64,000 nt of DNA from Candidatus Latescibacterota bacterium (GTDB lineage: Bacteria > Latescibacterota > UBA2968 > UBA8231): assembly GCA_965243025.1 (NCBI GenBank), contig CBDETY010000003.1, forward strand, positions 2,112,001 through 2,176,000. The letters are read 5' to 3'. Numbering within the stretch: the first letter of the stretch is position 1; each line of letters begins with the position of its first letter. The notes below the pieces were generated by a model. That model was not told the DNA's origin. It did no database searches and saw only the letters and a list, made by a program, of their open reading frames with translations. Shown here in pieces: positions 1 through 9,467 of this stretch. The position numbers and the translations under genes are program-made.

Positions 1-135
1 GTTCATCCATGCGATCCTCCCTCAATCCCGGCTTCCTTCTTGATTTCCAGCACAAGCACGCCCCCCGGATTGACACACCCGCGAAATCCCGTTTACCGTA
101 GCGCCGGACCGTTCACAGAACCGATTGGAGGAGAC

Positions 136-729
136 ATGACCAGGGTGCGGCGCGCCCTCGTCAGCACCGCGGACCGGACCGGCGTGGCGGAGCTGGGGCA
201 GGGGCTGGTTGAGCTCGGAGTGGAGATTCTCTCGACAGGCGGAACCGGGGCGGCCCTGAGGGAAGCCGGGATACCGGTGACCGAGGTGGCCGAGGTGACC
301 GGCTTTCCCGAAATCCTCGACGGCCGCGTCAAGACCCTGCACCCGCGCATCCACGCCGGGCTGCTGGCTCTGCGCGGGAACGGCGGGCACATGGCGACCC
401 TGGAGGAGCACGGCATCGAGCCGATCGACCTGGTCTGCGTCAACCTCTACCCGTTCGAACGGACCATCCGCCGCCCCGGCTGCACCCTGGCGGAGGCGAT
501 CGAGCAGATCGACATCGGGGGCCCCTGCATGCTGCGCTCGGCGGCCAAGAACGGGGAGTCCATCTACGTGCTGAGCTCCCCTGACCAGTACGGGGAGGCG
601 CTGCAAAGGCTGCGCGACTCCGGCGGCGTCATCGACCCGGAGTACGGCCGCCGGCTGGCGCTGGAGGCGTACCGGCTCACCGCCGGGTACGACGCCGCCA
701 TCGCCTCCTACCTCGCGGAGAATGTGTGA
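136..729 (+). CDS. purH: Stand-alone IMP cyclohydrolase (MGS-like N-terminal half of PurH); no AICAR transformylase domain
   Basis: RRALVSTADRTG, ILSTGGT, TGFPEILDGRVKTLHP, VNLYPF and IDIGGP motifs; GGAGGAG SD before ATG 136; stops after 197 aa. Confidence 0.85.
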   Translation: MTRVRRALVSTADRTGVAELGQGLVELGVEILSTGGTGAALREAGIPVTEVAEVTGFPEILDGRVKTLHPRIHAGLLALRGNGGHMATLEEHGIEPIDLVCVNLYPFERTIRRPGCTLAEAIEQIDIGGPCMLRSAAKNGESIYVLSSPDQYGEALQRLRDSGGVIDPEYGRRLALEAYRLTAGYDAAIASYLAENV

Positions 730-755
730 GTGTTGGCGGCGGGCGGCTCCGGAGT

Positions 756-1058
756 TCACACCCTGCGGCCCGACCAGCGCGCCTTCCAGTACTCGCCGAG
801 ATCGACCTCTCCTTCGATCCGGTCCTCCCCCCTCGCCCTGCCGGTGAAGCGGTAGGTGGCGCCGACCCCCTGGAACTGGATGTCGACGCTCATTTCCATA
901 TCCCCGCCATCCGCACTGCCCCGGACTTCGTGCTCCCCGTACCGGGTGCGATACCTGCCCGATATCACCGATCCGGTCTGATTCAGGCGGGCGCCGTGCC
1001 GGGCGCTGCCGCCGGTGAAGTCGACGTCGATCTCCCAGTCGCCGCTGAAGATGCCCAT
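756..1058 (-). CDS. Small beta-rich hypothetical protein resembling the C-terminal domain of long SelA-like proteins
   Basis: 100 aa; SGDWEIDVDF...IEGEVDLGEYWKARWSGRR; GAGGTG SD upstream. Confidence 0.65.
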   Translation of the reverse strand: MGIFSGDWEIDVDFTGGSARHGARLNQTGSVISGRYRTRYGEHEVRGSADGGDMEMSVDIQFQGVGATYRFTGRARGEDRIEGEVDLGEYWKARWSGRRV

Positions 1059-1192
1059 GGATTCACCTCGCCTTTTTCATGGGATTTGGCTGGACTGCCC
1101 GGAGCCTGGCGACGAACCTGTGCCTTCGGCAAGGGTTGGCGTACGTTGGAAAGCCACCGCCCCGGCACCCTACCCGGACCGAGCAGACCGAC

Positions 1193-2077
1193 ATGCCCCG
1201 AAGAATCAACCGCGCCATAGAGCTCCTCGAGCAGGACCAGCCTGTCTACTACACCGGCGGCCACACCGGTCACGTCCTCACCCGCGGGCAGGGCGACGCG
1301 GACGCGGCGACCTGGGCCGACTACATCAACGTCGGCATGGAGCACGGGGCCTTCGACATGGCCGGCCTCGACGCCTACATGCAGGGACTGATCGAGGGCG
1401 GACCGACCAGCAGCGGCCACCGCACCCCGGCGGTCATCGTCGAGGCGCCCGTCGACGGCTCGAGCGAGCAGATAATCCGCTTCAACGCCTGGCAGTTCCG
1501 GCAGATACTGGCGCGCGGAGTGCACGGCATCCTCCTCTGCCAGGCGGAATCCCCGGATGCGGTAAGGGCCTTCGTCGAGTCCTGCCGCTACCCCACCGCC
1601 CGCATCGGCGAAGGCCGCGGGCTCGGAACCGGCACCCGGGGTGTGGGCGCCGAGCCCTCGGCGGCTCCCGTGTGGGGGGTCGACGCCGATGAGTACGTCC
1701 GCCGCGCCGATCCCTGGCCCCTCAACCCCGAAGGGGAGCTGCTGCTCGGCATCAAGGTCGAGTCCGCGCGGGGCGTGCACACCATCGAGCAGATGCTCTC
1801 GGTGCCGGGAATCGGGTTCGCGGAACTCGGCCCGGGCGACCTGCACATGTCCTACCGCATTCGGCGGCCTGAAGGGCCCTACACCGACCCGCGGGTCATC
1901 GAGGCGCGCGAAAGGGTCAAGGCGGCCTGCGACGCCAACGGCGTCCGCTTCCTCGAGTCGGCCACCCCCGAGACCATCAGGCAGGCCATAGACGAAGGGG
2001 TTCGGGTCATATCCGGCCGGAGCGAAGAGACGGCCCGGGCCGGAAGGGAGTACTCCAACCGCACCATGCCGGTGTAG
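1193..2077 (+). CDS. HpcH/HpaI aldolase/citrate lyase family protein
   Basis: MEHGAFD, GIKVES and ELGPGDL motifs; start taken at MPRRINRAIELL. Confidence 0.8.
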   Translation: MPRRINRAIELLEQDQPVYYTGGHTGHVLTRGQGDADAATWADYINVGMEHGAFDMAGLDAYMQGLIEGGPTSSGHRTPAVIVEAPVDGSSEQIIRFNAWQFRQILARGVHGILLCQAESPDAVRAFVESCRYPTARIGEGRGLGTGTRGVGAEPSAAPVWGVDADEYVRRADPWPLNPEGELLLGIKVESARGVHTIEQMLSVPGIGFAELGPGDLHMSYRIRRPEGPYTDPRVIEARERVKAACDANGVRFLESATPETIRQAIDEGVRVISGRSEETARAGREYSNRTMPV

Positions 2078-2145
2078 TCTGGAAAGGTCCGGGCAATTCG
2101 GCTGTTGTCAGGGGTGTGGCCGCCAGGGGCGCGCCCGACCTCGTT

Positions 2146-3246
2146 TCAACCGGCTCGGAGGACCTCGGAGAGCCGGCGGGCGACGATCTCGTCCTCCCCC
2201 TCTTCCATCAGGTGCGAGGCCACCGCGACCCCCTCGCCCGAGGCGCTCAGCTCTATGCGGGGAGCCCCCGCCGACAGCTCCCTCTCGACGTCGCCCGGGG
2301 AGATGCCCACGGCCCCGGGGTCCCAGGTGATCTCGAGGATCGGGGCGACGTTGGAGCGCCCGGGCCGGCGGATGCTCGTCGCCACCGTATCGACCGCCTC
2401 TACCGCGGCCGCAACGGTCGCCAGGCGGCGCTCCCACTCCCGCCATTCCGCCTCGTGGTCGCGGGCCACCCACTGTTCCACCGCGGCCAGCAGCCCCATC
2501 ACCTCCTCCTTGCCCGCCTTCATCGGCCGCCCGATCGAGTGGTGGGGAGCCCCGTTGAGGAAGGCGGCCTGCAGCAGCTCCTTGCGCCCGAGCACCAGCC
2601 CCGAGGACTGCGGGCCGCGCAGGCACTTGCCGCCGCTGTAGGCAACGGCGTCCACCCCGGCGGCGAGGTACCTGTTGGGGACGTCGGGCCGCTCCGCCGC
2701 GGCGTCGACGAAGGAGGGGATTCCGCGGGATTTCCCGCAGGCGGCCATCTCCGCCACGGAGATCTCGCCGAGGTCCTCGGCGTCCCCCTTCATCAGCAGC
2801 AGGGCGGTGCGGTCGTTGACGGCGTTCTCCAGCTCTTCCCGGGTGCGCACCTCGACCATCTTCACCCCGACGGCGCGCACCGCGTGGTCGTACACGTGGC
2901 GATGGCTGGGCTGCACGATCACCTCGTTCTTCATGCCGGTGGTGTCGGGCAGGCGCGCGATCTTCTCCGGGTCGCCGCCGGCCACCGCGGCGGCCGTCAC
3001 CTGCGCGAGCGCCGCGGCGCACCCGTTGACCGCCAGTCCCCACTCGCACTGCATGAGCCCGGCGATGCGGCTGCCGACCGCTTCGGCCAGCTCGTCGAGG
3101 TGGACGTAGCTCCGGGAGGCGGCCGTCATCGCCGCGCGCACTTCGGGCAGCAGCAGCGAGCCGCTGATGATGGTGTAGAATCCGCGGCAGTTTATCAGGG
3201 GCCTGACGCCGATGGCGCCGTACGTGGGAAACCGGAGATCGCTCAT
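2146..3246 (-). CDS. SelA/DgaE-like PLP-dependent enzyme
   Basis: GVRPLINCRG, FVDAAAE, YSGGKCLRGPQSSG (PLP lysine), GRPMKAGKEE; ATG overlaps the gmhA stop (ATGA). Confidence 0.85.
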   Translation of the reverse strand: MSDLRFPTYGAIGVRPLINCRGFYTIISGSLLLPEVRAAMTAASRSYVHLDELAEAVGSRIAGLMQCEWGLAVNGCAAALAQVTAAAVAGGDPEKIARLPDTTGMKNEVIVQPSHRHVYDHAVRAVGVKMVEVRTREELENAVNDRTALLLMKGDAEDLGEISVAEMAACGKSRGIPSFVDAAAERPDVPNRYLAAGVDAVAYSGGKCLRGPQSSGLVLGRKELLQAAFLNGAPHHSIGRPMKAGKEEVMGLLAAVEQWVARDHEAEWREWERRLATVAAAVEAVDTVATSIRRPGRSNVAPILEITWDPGAVGISPGDVERELSAGAPRIELSASGEGVAVASHLMEEGEDEIVARRLSEVLRAG

Positions 3247-3821
3247 GCCGCTTCGCCGGGCGGCTCCATCTCCATGAAGTAGTAGCAGATCACGTGCATG
3301 AGCACGGTGTGGAGATCCTCGACGCGGCCCATGTGGTGGCTGTCGACGACGACTGCGAGATCGGCCGCTTCGGCCAGCCTGCCTCCCCCGAACCCCGTCC
3401 AGCCGATCGTCCGCATCCCCAGCTCCCGCGCCGCGGCGACCGCGTCGAGCACGTTGGGGCTGTTCCCGGAGCCGGAGATGGCGATCAGCAGGTCGTCGGC
3501 CTCCCCGAGGTTGCGCAGCTGCTCGGCGAAGATCGAGTCGTAGTCGAGGTCGTTGGCCAGCGCCGTCATCCAGGAGACGTTGTCGGTCAGGGCGGTGACC
3601 CGGAAGCGTTTCCCGCGCGGGTGGCCGAGGCTGGCCCCCTTGCCGAGGTCGTTGGCCATGTGGCTCGCCGTGGCGGCGCTGCCGCCGTTGCCGCACAGGA
3701 AGATGCGGCTGCCCCGGTCGCGGGCTTCGGCGATCTGCCGGCGGCAGCTTTCGACCGCCCCGAGGTCGAGGGATGACAGCGTGCCCTGCAGCTCGTCGAG
3801 ATAGTTCCGCAGATGGTCCAA
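3243..3821 (-). CDS. gmhA: SIS-domain phosphoheptose isomerase-like protein
   Basis: CGNGGSAATASH, TALAND, ISGSGNSPNV, VEDLH. Confidence 0.85.
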   Translation of the reverse strand: MDHLRNYLDELQGTLSSLDLGAVESCRRQIAEARDRGSRIFLCGNGGSAATASHMANDLGKGASLGHPRGKRFRVTALTDNVSWMTALANDLDYDSIFAEQLRNLGEADDLLIAISGSGNSPNVLDAVAAARELGMRTIGWTGFGGGRLAEAADLAVVVDSHHMGRVEDLHTVLMHVICYYFMEMEPPGEAA

Positions 3822-3830
3822 GGCTGCGCC

Positions 3831-5234
3831 TCAGATATTGAGCGCTTCTCCGAACGCCTCGGCGGCCGCTTCCATCACCGCTTCCGAAAGGGTCGGGTGG
3901 GCGTGCACCGCGGTGGCGAACTCCTCCCAGGTCGCTTCGATCCTCTTCCCGAGGGTCACCTCGGCGATCAGCTCGGTCGCCTCGGCGCCGATGATCGAGG
4001 CCCCTGCCAGCTCCCCGTACTCCGCGTCGAACACCAGCTTCACCATCCCCTCGGTCTCTCCGGCGGCCCGCGCCTTGCCGCTGGCGGCAAAGGGAAAGCG
4101 GCCGACCTTGACCTTCAGCCCCCTCTCTCCTGCCTCCGCCTCGGTCAGCCCGACGCTGGCGACCTGGGGCTGGCAGTAGGTGCAGCTGGGAACGCTCTCC
4201 GGATCGATCTCGGGGCGTTGCCTGCCGGCGATGAACTCGACCGCGGCGACCGCTTCGGCCGAGGCCGCGTGGGCGAGCTGCGGGGCCCCGACGACGTCGC
4301 CGATGGCGCAGATCCCCTTGACGCTGGTCTCCATGCGGCCGTTGACGGCGATCTGACCGCGCTTGGTCCTGACGCCGTTCGCCTCCAGTCCCAGCCCCTC
4401 GATGTTGCCGGTCACCCCGACCGCCATCAGCACGACGTCGGCGTCGACTTCCCCTTCCTCCCCCCCGTTCCGGAACGAGACGCGCATTCCCTGTCCGGCC
4501 TCGGCCACCCCGGTCACCGAGACCCCGGTGCGCAGGTCGATCCCCTCCCCGGAAAGGCTCTTCGCCAGGATTCCCGCGACCTCACCGTCCTCGCGCGGCA
4601 GCACCTGGCTCTCCGCCTCCAGCAGATGGACCTCGGCGCCGAAGGCGTTGAAGAACCAGGCGAACTCCACCCCGATCGCCCCGGCCCCGATGATGGCGAT
4701 CCGGTCCGGGCGTTTCTCCAGCACCATGGCCTCGCGGCTCGAGATCACCTTCTCCCCGTCGATCTCCACCCCGGGAATGGAGCGCGGGCTGCCGCCGGTC
4801 GCCAGGATGACGTTGGCCGCCTCCAGGGTCTCGGTACCGTCGGGGGATTCGACCGCCACCTTTCTGCCGGGGGTGAGCCTGCCGCGGCCGCTGAAGACGG
4901 CGACCCGGTTCTTCTTCATCAGGAACCTCACCCCCCTCGCCAGCCCTCCCGAGATCTCGCGGCTTCTCGCGATCAGCCGGTCCCAGTCGTAGCCGACCTC
5001 CCCGACCGTCAACCCGAACTCGCCGGCGCGCTGCATCAGCCGGTAGAGCTCGGCCTGCTTGAGCAGGGCCTTTGTCGGAATGCAGCCCCAGTTGAGGCAC
5101 ACCCCCCCGAGCTCGGGCTCGGCTTCCACCAGGGCGGCCTTCAGCCCGAGCTGGGAAGCCCGGATCGCCGCGGTGTACCCGCCCGGTCCGCCGCCGATGA
5201 CGGCGACGTCGAACACCTTGTCCTTTTCAGCCAT
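3831..5234 (-). CDS. lpdA: Dihydrolipoyl dehydrogenase
   Basis: GGGPGGY FAD motif, GGVCLNWGCIP redox disulfide, GAGAIG NAD motif, HAHPTLSE. Confidence 0.95.
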   Translation of the reverse strand: MAEKDKVFDVAVIGGGPGGYTAAIRASQLGLKAALVEAEPELGGVCLNWGCIPTKALLKQAELYRLMQRAGEFGLTVGEVGYDWDRLIARSREISGGLARGVRFLMKKNRVAVFSGRGRLTPGRKVAVESPDGTETLEAANVILATGGSPRSIPGVEIDGEKVISSREAMVLEKRPDRIAIIGAGAIGVEFAWFFNAFGAEVHLLEAESQVLPREDGEVAGILAKSLSGEGIDLRTGVSVTGVAEAGQGMRVSFRNGGEEGEVDADVVLMAVGVTGNIEGLGLEANGVRTKRGQIAVNGRMETSVKGICAIGDVVGAPQLAHAASAEAVAAVEFIAGRQRPEIDPESVPSCTYCQPQVASVGLTEAEAGERGLKVKVGRFPFAASGKARAAGETEGMVKLVFDAEYGELAGASIIGAEATELIAEVTLGKRIEATWEEFATAVHAHPTLSEAVMEAAAEAFGEALNI

Positions 5235-5461
5235 TATCGCCCGCTTCCAACGCTGGTTTCCTGTGTTGGGGAGTTTGACAATCTAAGGGGTGCACAGTCT
5301 CCGTGCATCGGGGTCGCCTGCGTGAGTCCCGCCTCGAAAGACAGGCAGGCAACCGCAGCCGCAGGCTGCCGGCTCGGTGGTCTGCATTCGCTATTTTTCG
5401 AAGGGTGCGGGCCGAATCAAGTCCCGGACCGTCCTGGCGACCGCTATGTTCCCCCTGCATG

Positions 5462-6658
5462 TCAACCATTCGACCCCACTGCGCTCCGCAGCGGCCCCGC
5501 CAGGTCGCCGCGCCCCTCTACCATCACTTCGGTGAGCCCCAGCCAGGCGGCCATCGACCCCAGCTGCACGGCAAGCCCGGCAGCGACCTCCCCGGCTTGG
5601 CAACCCTCCTCCAGGTACGCACCCCGGACGATGAGGACGCGGTTCGCCCGGTCCGCCTTGAGGTCGACGCGACCCGCCAGCACCTCCCCTGTCAGGAACG
5701 GAAAAACGTAGTAGCCGTAGCGCCTCTGCGGCGCCGGGACGTAGATCTCGATACGGTAGCGGAAGTCGAACAGGCGCTCGGTCCGGTCCCGGAACCAGAT
5801 CAGGGAATCGAACGGGCTTAGCAGGGCCCTGGCCCGCACCTGCCGGGGAATCCGCGCGTCGCGGTGCAGGTAGGCGGGCCGGCTCCAGCCTTCGACCCGC
5901 ACCTCGGCAAGCTCCCCTTCCTCCACCAGCTCACGGACCCGGGGCTGCGCCTGCGGCGCGCGGATGCGGTAGTAGTCGGCGAGGTCGGCCAGGGTGCCGA
6001 CGCCGAGGGCGCGGCCGGCAAGGCGCAGAAGCCCGCGCAGGGCGTCCTGCTCCGGCGGGGAGGGCGCGGCCAGCAGGCGGGGCGGAATCACCCGCTCGAC
6101 CAGGTCGTAGACGCGCACGAAGTTCCCCCGCCTCATGGCCGCCAGCCGGCCGGTCGCGAAAAGCCACTCCAGGGCGAGCTTGCCGTCGCTGCGCCCCCAC
6201 CAGGGCCGGTTGCGGTTGCGCCCCGGGTCCTCGAGGTCCGATACCGCCAGCGGCCCCCGCCCGGCGACCTCGCGGTAGATCGCCTCCACGTAGTCGCCGC
6301 GCTCCCGCGCGAACGAATGCATCGCCCCGGACCGGACCTCCTCCATGCGGTGCCGCAGGAGCGGAAAATGCCCGACCGGCAGCAGCGACGCCTCGTGCCC
6401 CCAGCCCTCGAACAGCCTCCCCTTGCCGTACGCGTACCCGTCGAAGCGGTCCTGAGGGTACGGGCCGAGGCGGGAGAACGCCGGCATGTAGTGGGTGCGC
6501 ACCGCGACGTTTACCGAGTCGAGCTGCACGATCCGGACACGGCCGAACAGCCGGTCGAAGTGGCGGCTGTCGACGCGTCCGGCCGGGGGCCGGTCGGCGA
6601 ACCCCTGCGCGGCCAGCGCGATGCGGCGGGCTTCCCTGTTGGACAGCTCAGTCTTCAT
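5462..6658 (-). CDS. YcaQ/AlkZ-family winged-helix DNA crosslink repair glycosylase
   Basis: VQLDSVNV (QxD), LLSPFDSLIW, YRIEIYVP..RRYGYY, GRVDLKADR; start at MKTELS. Confidence 0.85.
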   Translation of the reverse strand: MKTELSNREARRIALAAQGFADRPPAGRVDSRHFDRLFGRVRIVQLDSVNVAVRTHYMPAFSRLGPYPQDRFDGYAYGKGRLFEGWGHEASLLPVGHFPLLRHRMEEVRSGAMHSFARERGDYVEAIYREVAGRGPLAVSDLEDPGRNRNRPWWGRSDGKLALEWLFATGRLAAMRRGNFVRVYDLVERVIPPRLLAAPSPPEQDALRGLLRLAGRALGVGTLADLADYYRIRAPQAQPRVRELVEEGELAEVRVEGWSRPAYLHRDARIPRQVRARALLSPFDSLIWFRDRTERLFDFRYRIEIYVPAPQRRYGYYVFPFLTGEVLAGRVDLKADRANRVLIVRGAYLEEGCQAGEVAAGLAVQLGSMAAWLGLTEVMVEGRGDLAGPLRSAVGSNG

Positions 6659-6831
6659 TGCGATGCCCGGCAATGGAAATCGGACAGGTTCCGGCAAAGT
6701 TGAAATTGCATTTGAATGAAAACAACTTTTCCAATCCCGTTTGCACGAACGCAACCGTTTTTGAATGGCGATTCCCTGTTGCCACAGCCCCTTTTCCGGC
6801 GCCTGAAAGGCGCCGCCTATGAAAGCGATCG

Positions 6832-7281
6832 ATGTCGATAACGATCTACAGTGACGGCGCCTGCTCGGGAAACCCCGGTCCGGGGGGCTGGGCGGCCCGC
6901 CTGAAGTACGCCGACGGCCGCATCCGCGAGCTGGGCGGGCCCGAGCCGGACACCACCAACAACCGCATGGAGCTGCGGGCGGCCATCGAGGGGCTGAGGT
7001 TCGCCGGACGCGGCGAGCCGGTCACTATGGTGACCGACAGCGAGTACCTGCTGAAGGGGATCACCCGGTGGATCCACGGCTGGAAGAAGAAGCAGTGGAA
7101 GACCGCGTCCCGGAAGCCGGTGCTCAACCAGGACCTGTGGAGGGCCCTCGACGAGCTCAACGGCAGCAGCGTCAAGTGGGCGTACACCCGCGGCCACGCC
7201 GGCGACCCGGACAACGAGCGCTGCGACGAAATCGCCCAGGCCTTCTCGCGCGGGGAGCAGCCGCGGCTCGAGGGCGGCTGA
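6832..7281 (+). CDS. rnhA: Ribonuclease HI
   Basis: YSDGACSGNPGPGGW, TTNNRMEL, TDSEY, NQDLW, GHAG..DNERCD. Confidence 0.97.
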   Translation: MSITIYSDGACSGNPGPGGWAARLKYADGRIRELGGPEPDTTNNRMELRAAIEGLRFAGRGEPVTMVTDSEYLLKGITRWIHGWKKKQWKTASRKPVLNQDLWRALDELNGSSVKWAYTRGHAGDPDNERCDEIAQAFSRGEQPRLEGG

Positions 7282-7290
7282 CCTTCCGGA

Positions 7291-8055
7291 TCAGACCCAC
7301 CTCCACACCCAGTACGCGGCATAACCGAAGTACTCCTTGAACGCCCGGGTCGAGTAGCGCAGCCAGCGGGCATCCGGTACCAGGCGGAACAGCGACCACC
7401 CCTTGGGCACCACGACGATATCGGTCGGGGCCGGGAACACGGACAGTCCCTCGCGGGAGAAAGCTGCCGCAGCCCGGCGCATGTGGGACGCGGAGGTCAC
7501 CAGGAGAATGCGGTTGGCGCCCATGCCGCGCAGGAGCCCGGCGCAGGCGGCGGCGTTCTCCCGGGTGGTGCGGGAGGCGGTCTCGAGCAGCACCGTTTCC
7601 TCGGGCACGCCGTACTCCAGCGCCAGCCGTTTCATCTGCTCCGCTTCGCTCATGGGGCCGCCCATGCTGCCGCCGCTGAGGAGGATCACCGGCGCCTTGC
7701 CGGCTCGCAGCAGCCGCATGCCGTGCAGCAGGCGGTCGAATCCCTCTTCCGCGTGGACGGAGACCCGCGGTGCGACCGGCGGATCCGTGAATCCACCCAG
7801 AACGACGATGGCTTCGGCCTCGGGGTGCGCTTCGGGCTCGAGGAGCTCGAAGTCGTTCTCCAGGGATCCGAGGAGCAGGCCGGCGACCATCGGGGTGCTG
7901 AAGAGGAGGAGGAGCAGGATACCGGCGGCCGCGCAGGATCCCGCCCATCCCCTGCGCCGGCGCAGCAGGAACCAGAAGGCGGCGACCCAGAGGGCGGTCG
8001 AGATGCCGAGGGGGCTGAGAAGGGGGGTGAACAGCTGCGACAGGAAGAAATACAT
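7291..8055 (-). CDS. YdcF/ElyC (DUF218) family membrane protein
   Basis: N-terminal TM helices, IVVLGG, SGG..SEA, SRTTRENA, LVTSASHMRRA, KEY. Confidence 0.88.
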   Translation of the reverse strand: MYFFLSQLFTPLLSPLGISTALWVAAFWFLLRRRRGWAGSCAAAGILLLLLFSTPMVAGLLLGSLENDFELLEPEAHPEAEAIVVLGGFTDPPVAPRVSVHAEEGFDRLLHGMRLLRAGKAPVILLSGGSMGGPMSEAEQMKRLALEYGVPEETVLLETASRTTRENAAACAGLLRGMGANRILLVTSASHMRRAAAAFSREGLSVFPAPTDIVVVPKGWSLFRLVPDARWLRYSTRAFKEYFGYAAYWVWRWV

Positions 8056-8182
8056 CGGCGCCCGATTTAACCCCGGGGAAAACCGAATCGTTCAGGGCTG
8101 CGGGGAGCCTGAAGTCCGGCTCCACATACCGGGACCTCCGCGCCCGGGGGCCGGCCCTTCGGGATCCGGGGTCCTTCGAAGC

Positions 8183-8911
8183 CTATTCCCAGGTCTTGCC
8201 GCCGTCGGTCGACATGCGGGTGCGCCCCTTCCACCGGGCGACATCGTCCCCGGAGTCGACGTCCGCCCGCTTGGTGACCGCAACCTCCACCCCGACCTCG
8301 CCGCTGCCGTCGGGCCGGTTGGTTTCGATGCGCACGCTCTTGAACTGGAGATCCTCCCCCTCGAGGGCGCGGACGACCTCGCGCTGAACCCGCATCTGCC
8401 GGACTTCGAGCGCCTCCCGGCTGATGCCGCTCACCTTGAAGCGGATAACCAGCTCCCCGAGATCGGGGTCGAGACTGATGCCGTAGAAGTCCCCGAACTC
8501 GGGGTCGATGACCCGTTCCGCGGCGGCCGTATGGCGGTGGAGCGTCGCCCGCGCCGGGCGGCGGACCAATGGCTCGCGAGCGCTTTGCTCCTCCTTCCGG
8601 TCCGGTTCCCGAAGCCGCTCTACCACCTCCTCTCCCGGCTCGAAACCCCGCAGCGACGGCCCCCATATCCAGCCCTCGACGTTGATCCGAACCCATTTCC
8701 CCTCCCGTTCGAGCTCTTCGACCTCGATCCCCTTGACAAGGGTCCCGATCTGCTCGCCGTTGGGGCTCGAGCGGATGTTCTCCACCGGCTTTTCGACCTC
8801 GAGCCGGCGCGCCCCGAGCAGGTCGTCCACCCCGATGGCGAGAGTCGCCCCCGCCACCGGGACCGCGAGGAGAGCGCGGCAGAGGCTGGCTTTGAGTATT
8901 GTGCGTTTCAT
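8183..8911 (-). CDS. Exported hypothetical protein with SH3b-like domain
   Basis: Signal-like N-terminus; ENIRSSPNG...GKWVRINVEGWIW. Confidence 0.7.
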   Translation of the reverse strand: MKRTILKASLCRALLAVPVAGATLAIGVDDLLGARRLEVEKPVENIRSSPNGEQIGTLVKGIEVEELEREGKWVRINVEGWIWGPSLRGFEPGEEVVERLREPDRKEEQSAREPLVRRPARATLHRHTAAAERVIDPEFGDFYGISLDPDLGELVIRFKVSGISREALEVRQMRVQREVVRALEGEDLQFKSVRIETNRPDGSGEVGVEVAVTKRADVDSGDDVARWKGRTRMSTDGGKTWE

Positions 8912-9092
8912 GTCGTAAACCCCCTGTGCTGCCCTGGTTTTATGGACCGCGACCGCAGCCGTTGCAAGCCCCGGCAGATCCCGGTCTCGATTACCGCATC
9001 GGCATGATGCACCCCTGTCAGGAAACGGGTGGCGCAGGTTTCCGGAAAACGGAGTGAAATGGCTGCTCCGGGAGCCGCGCGCATTCCCCGGC

Positions 9093-9242
9093 CTACTGGC
9101 CCTGGGTGACCCGTTCGGCGATATCGGTTGCGTAGTAGAAGAGTACGGTCAACCCCGCGGCAATGGCGACGGCAAGGCCGACCAGCAGCCAGGCCTCGTA
9201 CCTGGGCGGACGCGGAGGGGGCCGGTTTTCAAGACCGAACAT
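9093..9242 (-). CDS. Small (49 aa) single-TM hypothetical protein
   Basis: MFGLENRPPPRPPRYEAWLLVGLAVAIAAGLTVLFYY...; purine-rich GAAGAGAG upstream. Confidence 0.5.
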   Translation of the reverse strand: MFGLENRPPPRPPRYEAWLLVGLAVAIAAGLTVLFYYATDIAERVTQGQ

Positions 9243-9391
9243 GGGTGCGGCTCTCTTCGTCGGTTGGTATGGCGGAATCCCCCCGGAACAGCGGGACCGC
9301 CATCGAAAAGTCGTTTTCGGGAGCAGACGGGGCAATCGCCGGTATCTCGTCAGGGCGGGCCGGCAGGGTTCCGGCATCCCCGTAATTTCGA

Positions 9392-9420
9392 TTGACACTT
9401 CCCGACCCCTCCGCTACCGT
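9392..9420 (+). promoter_or_regulatory. Putative sigma70-type promoter
   Basis: TTGACA-17 nt-TACCGT, 47 nt upstream of ATG 9468. Confidence 0.55.
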
Positions 9421-9467
9421 CACGCGAACCTGTTCCTGAAACGGCCTCGAGCCCGCTATCGCCCCCC

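Noticed and set aside
2146-3246. True selenocysteine synthase selA
   Set aside because: Too short, lacks the N-terminal tRNA-binding region, and there is no selB/selC nearby; fits SelA-like/DgaE relatives.
6798-6814. GGCGCCT-GAA-AGGCGCC hairpin before rnhA
   Set aside because: Short, no U tract and no recognisable motif.
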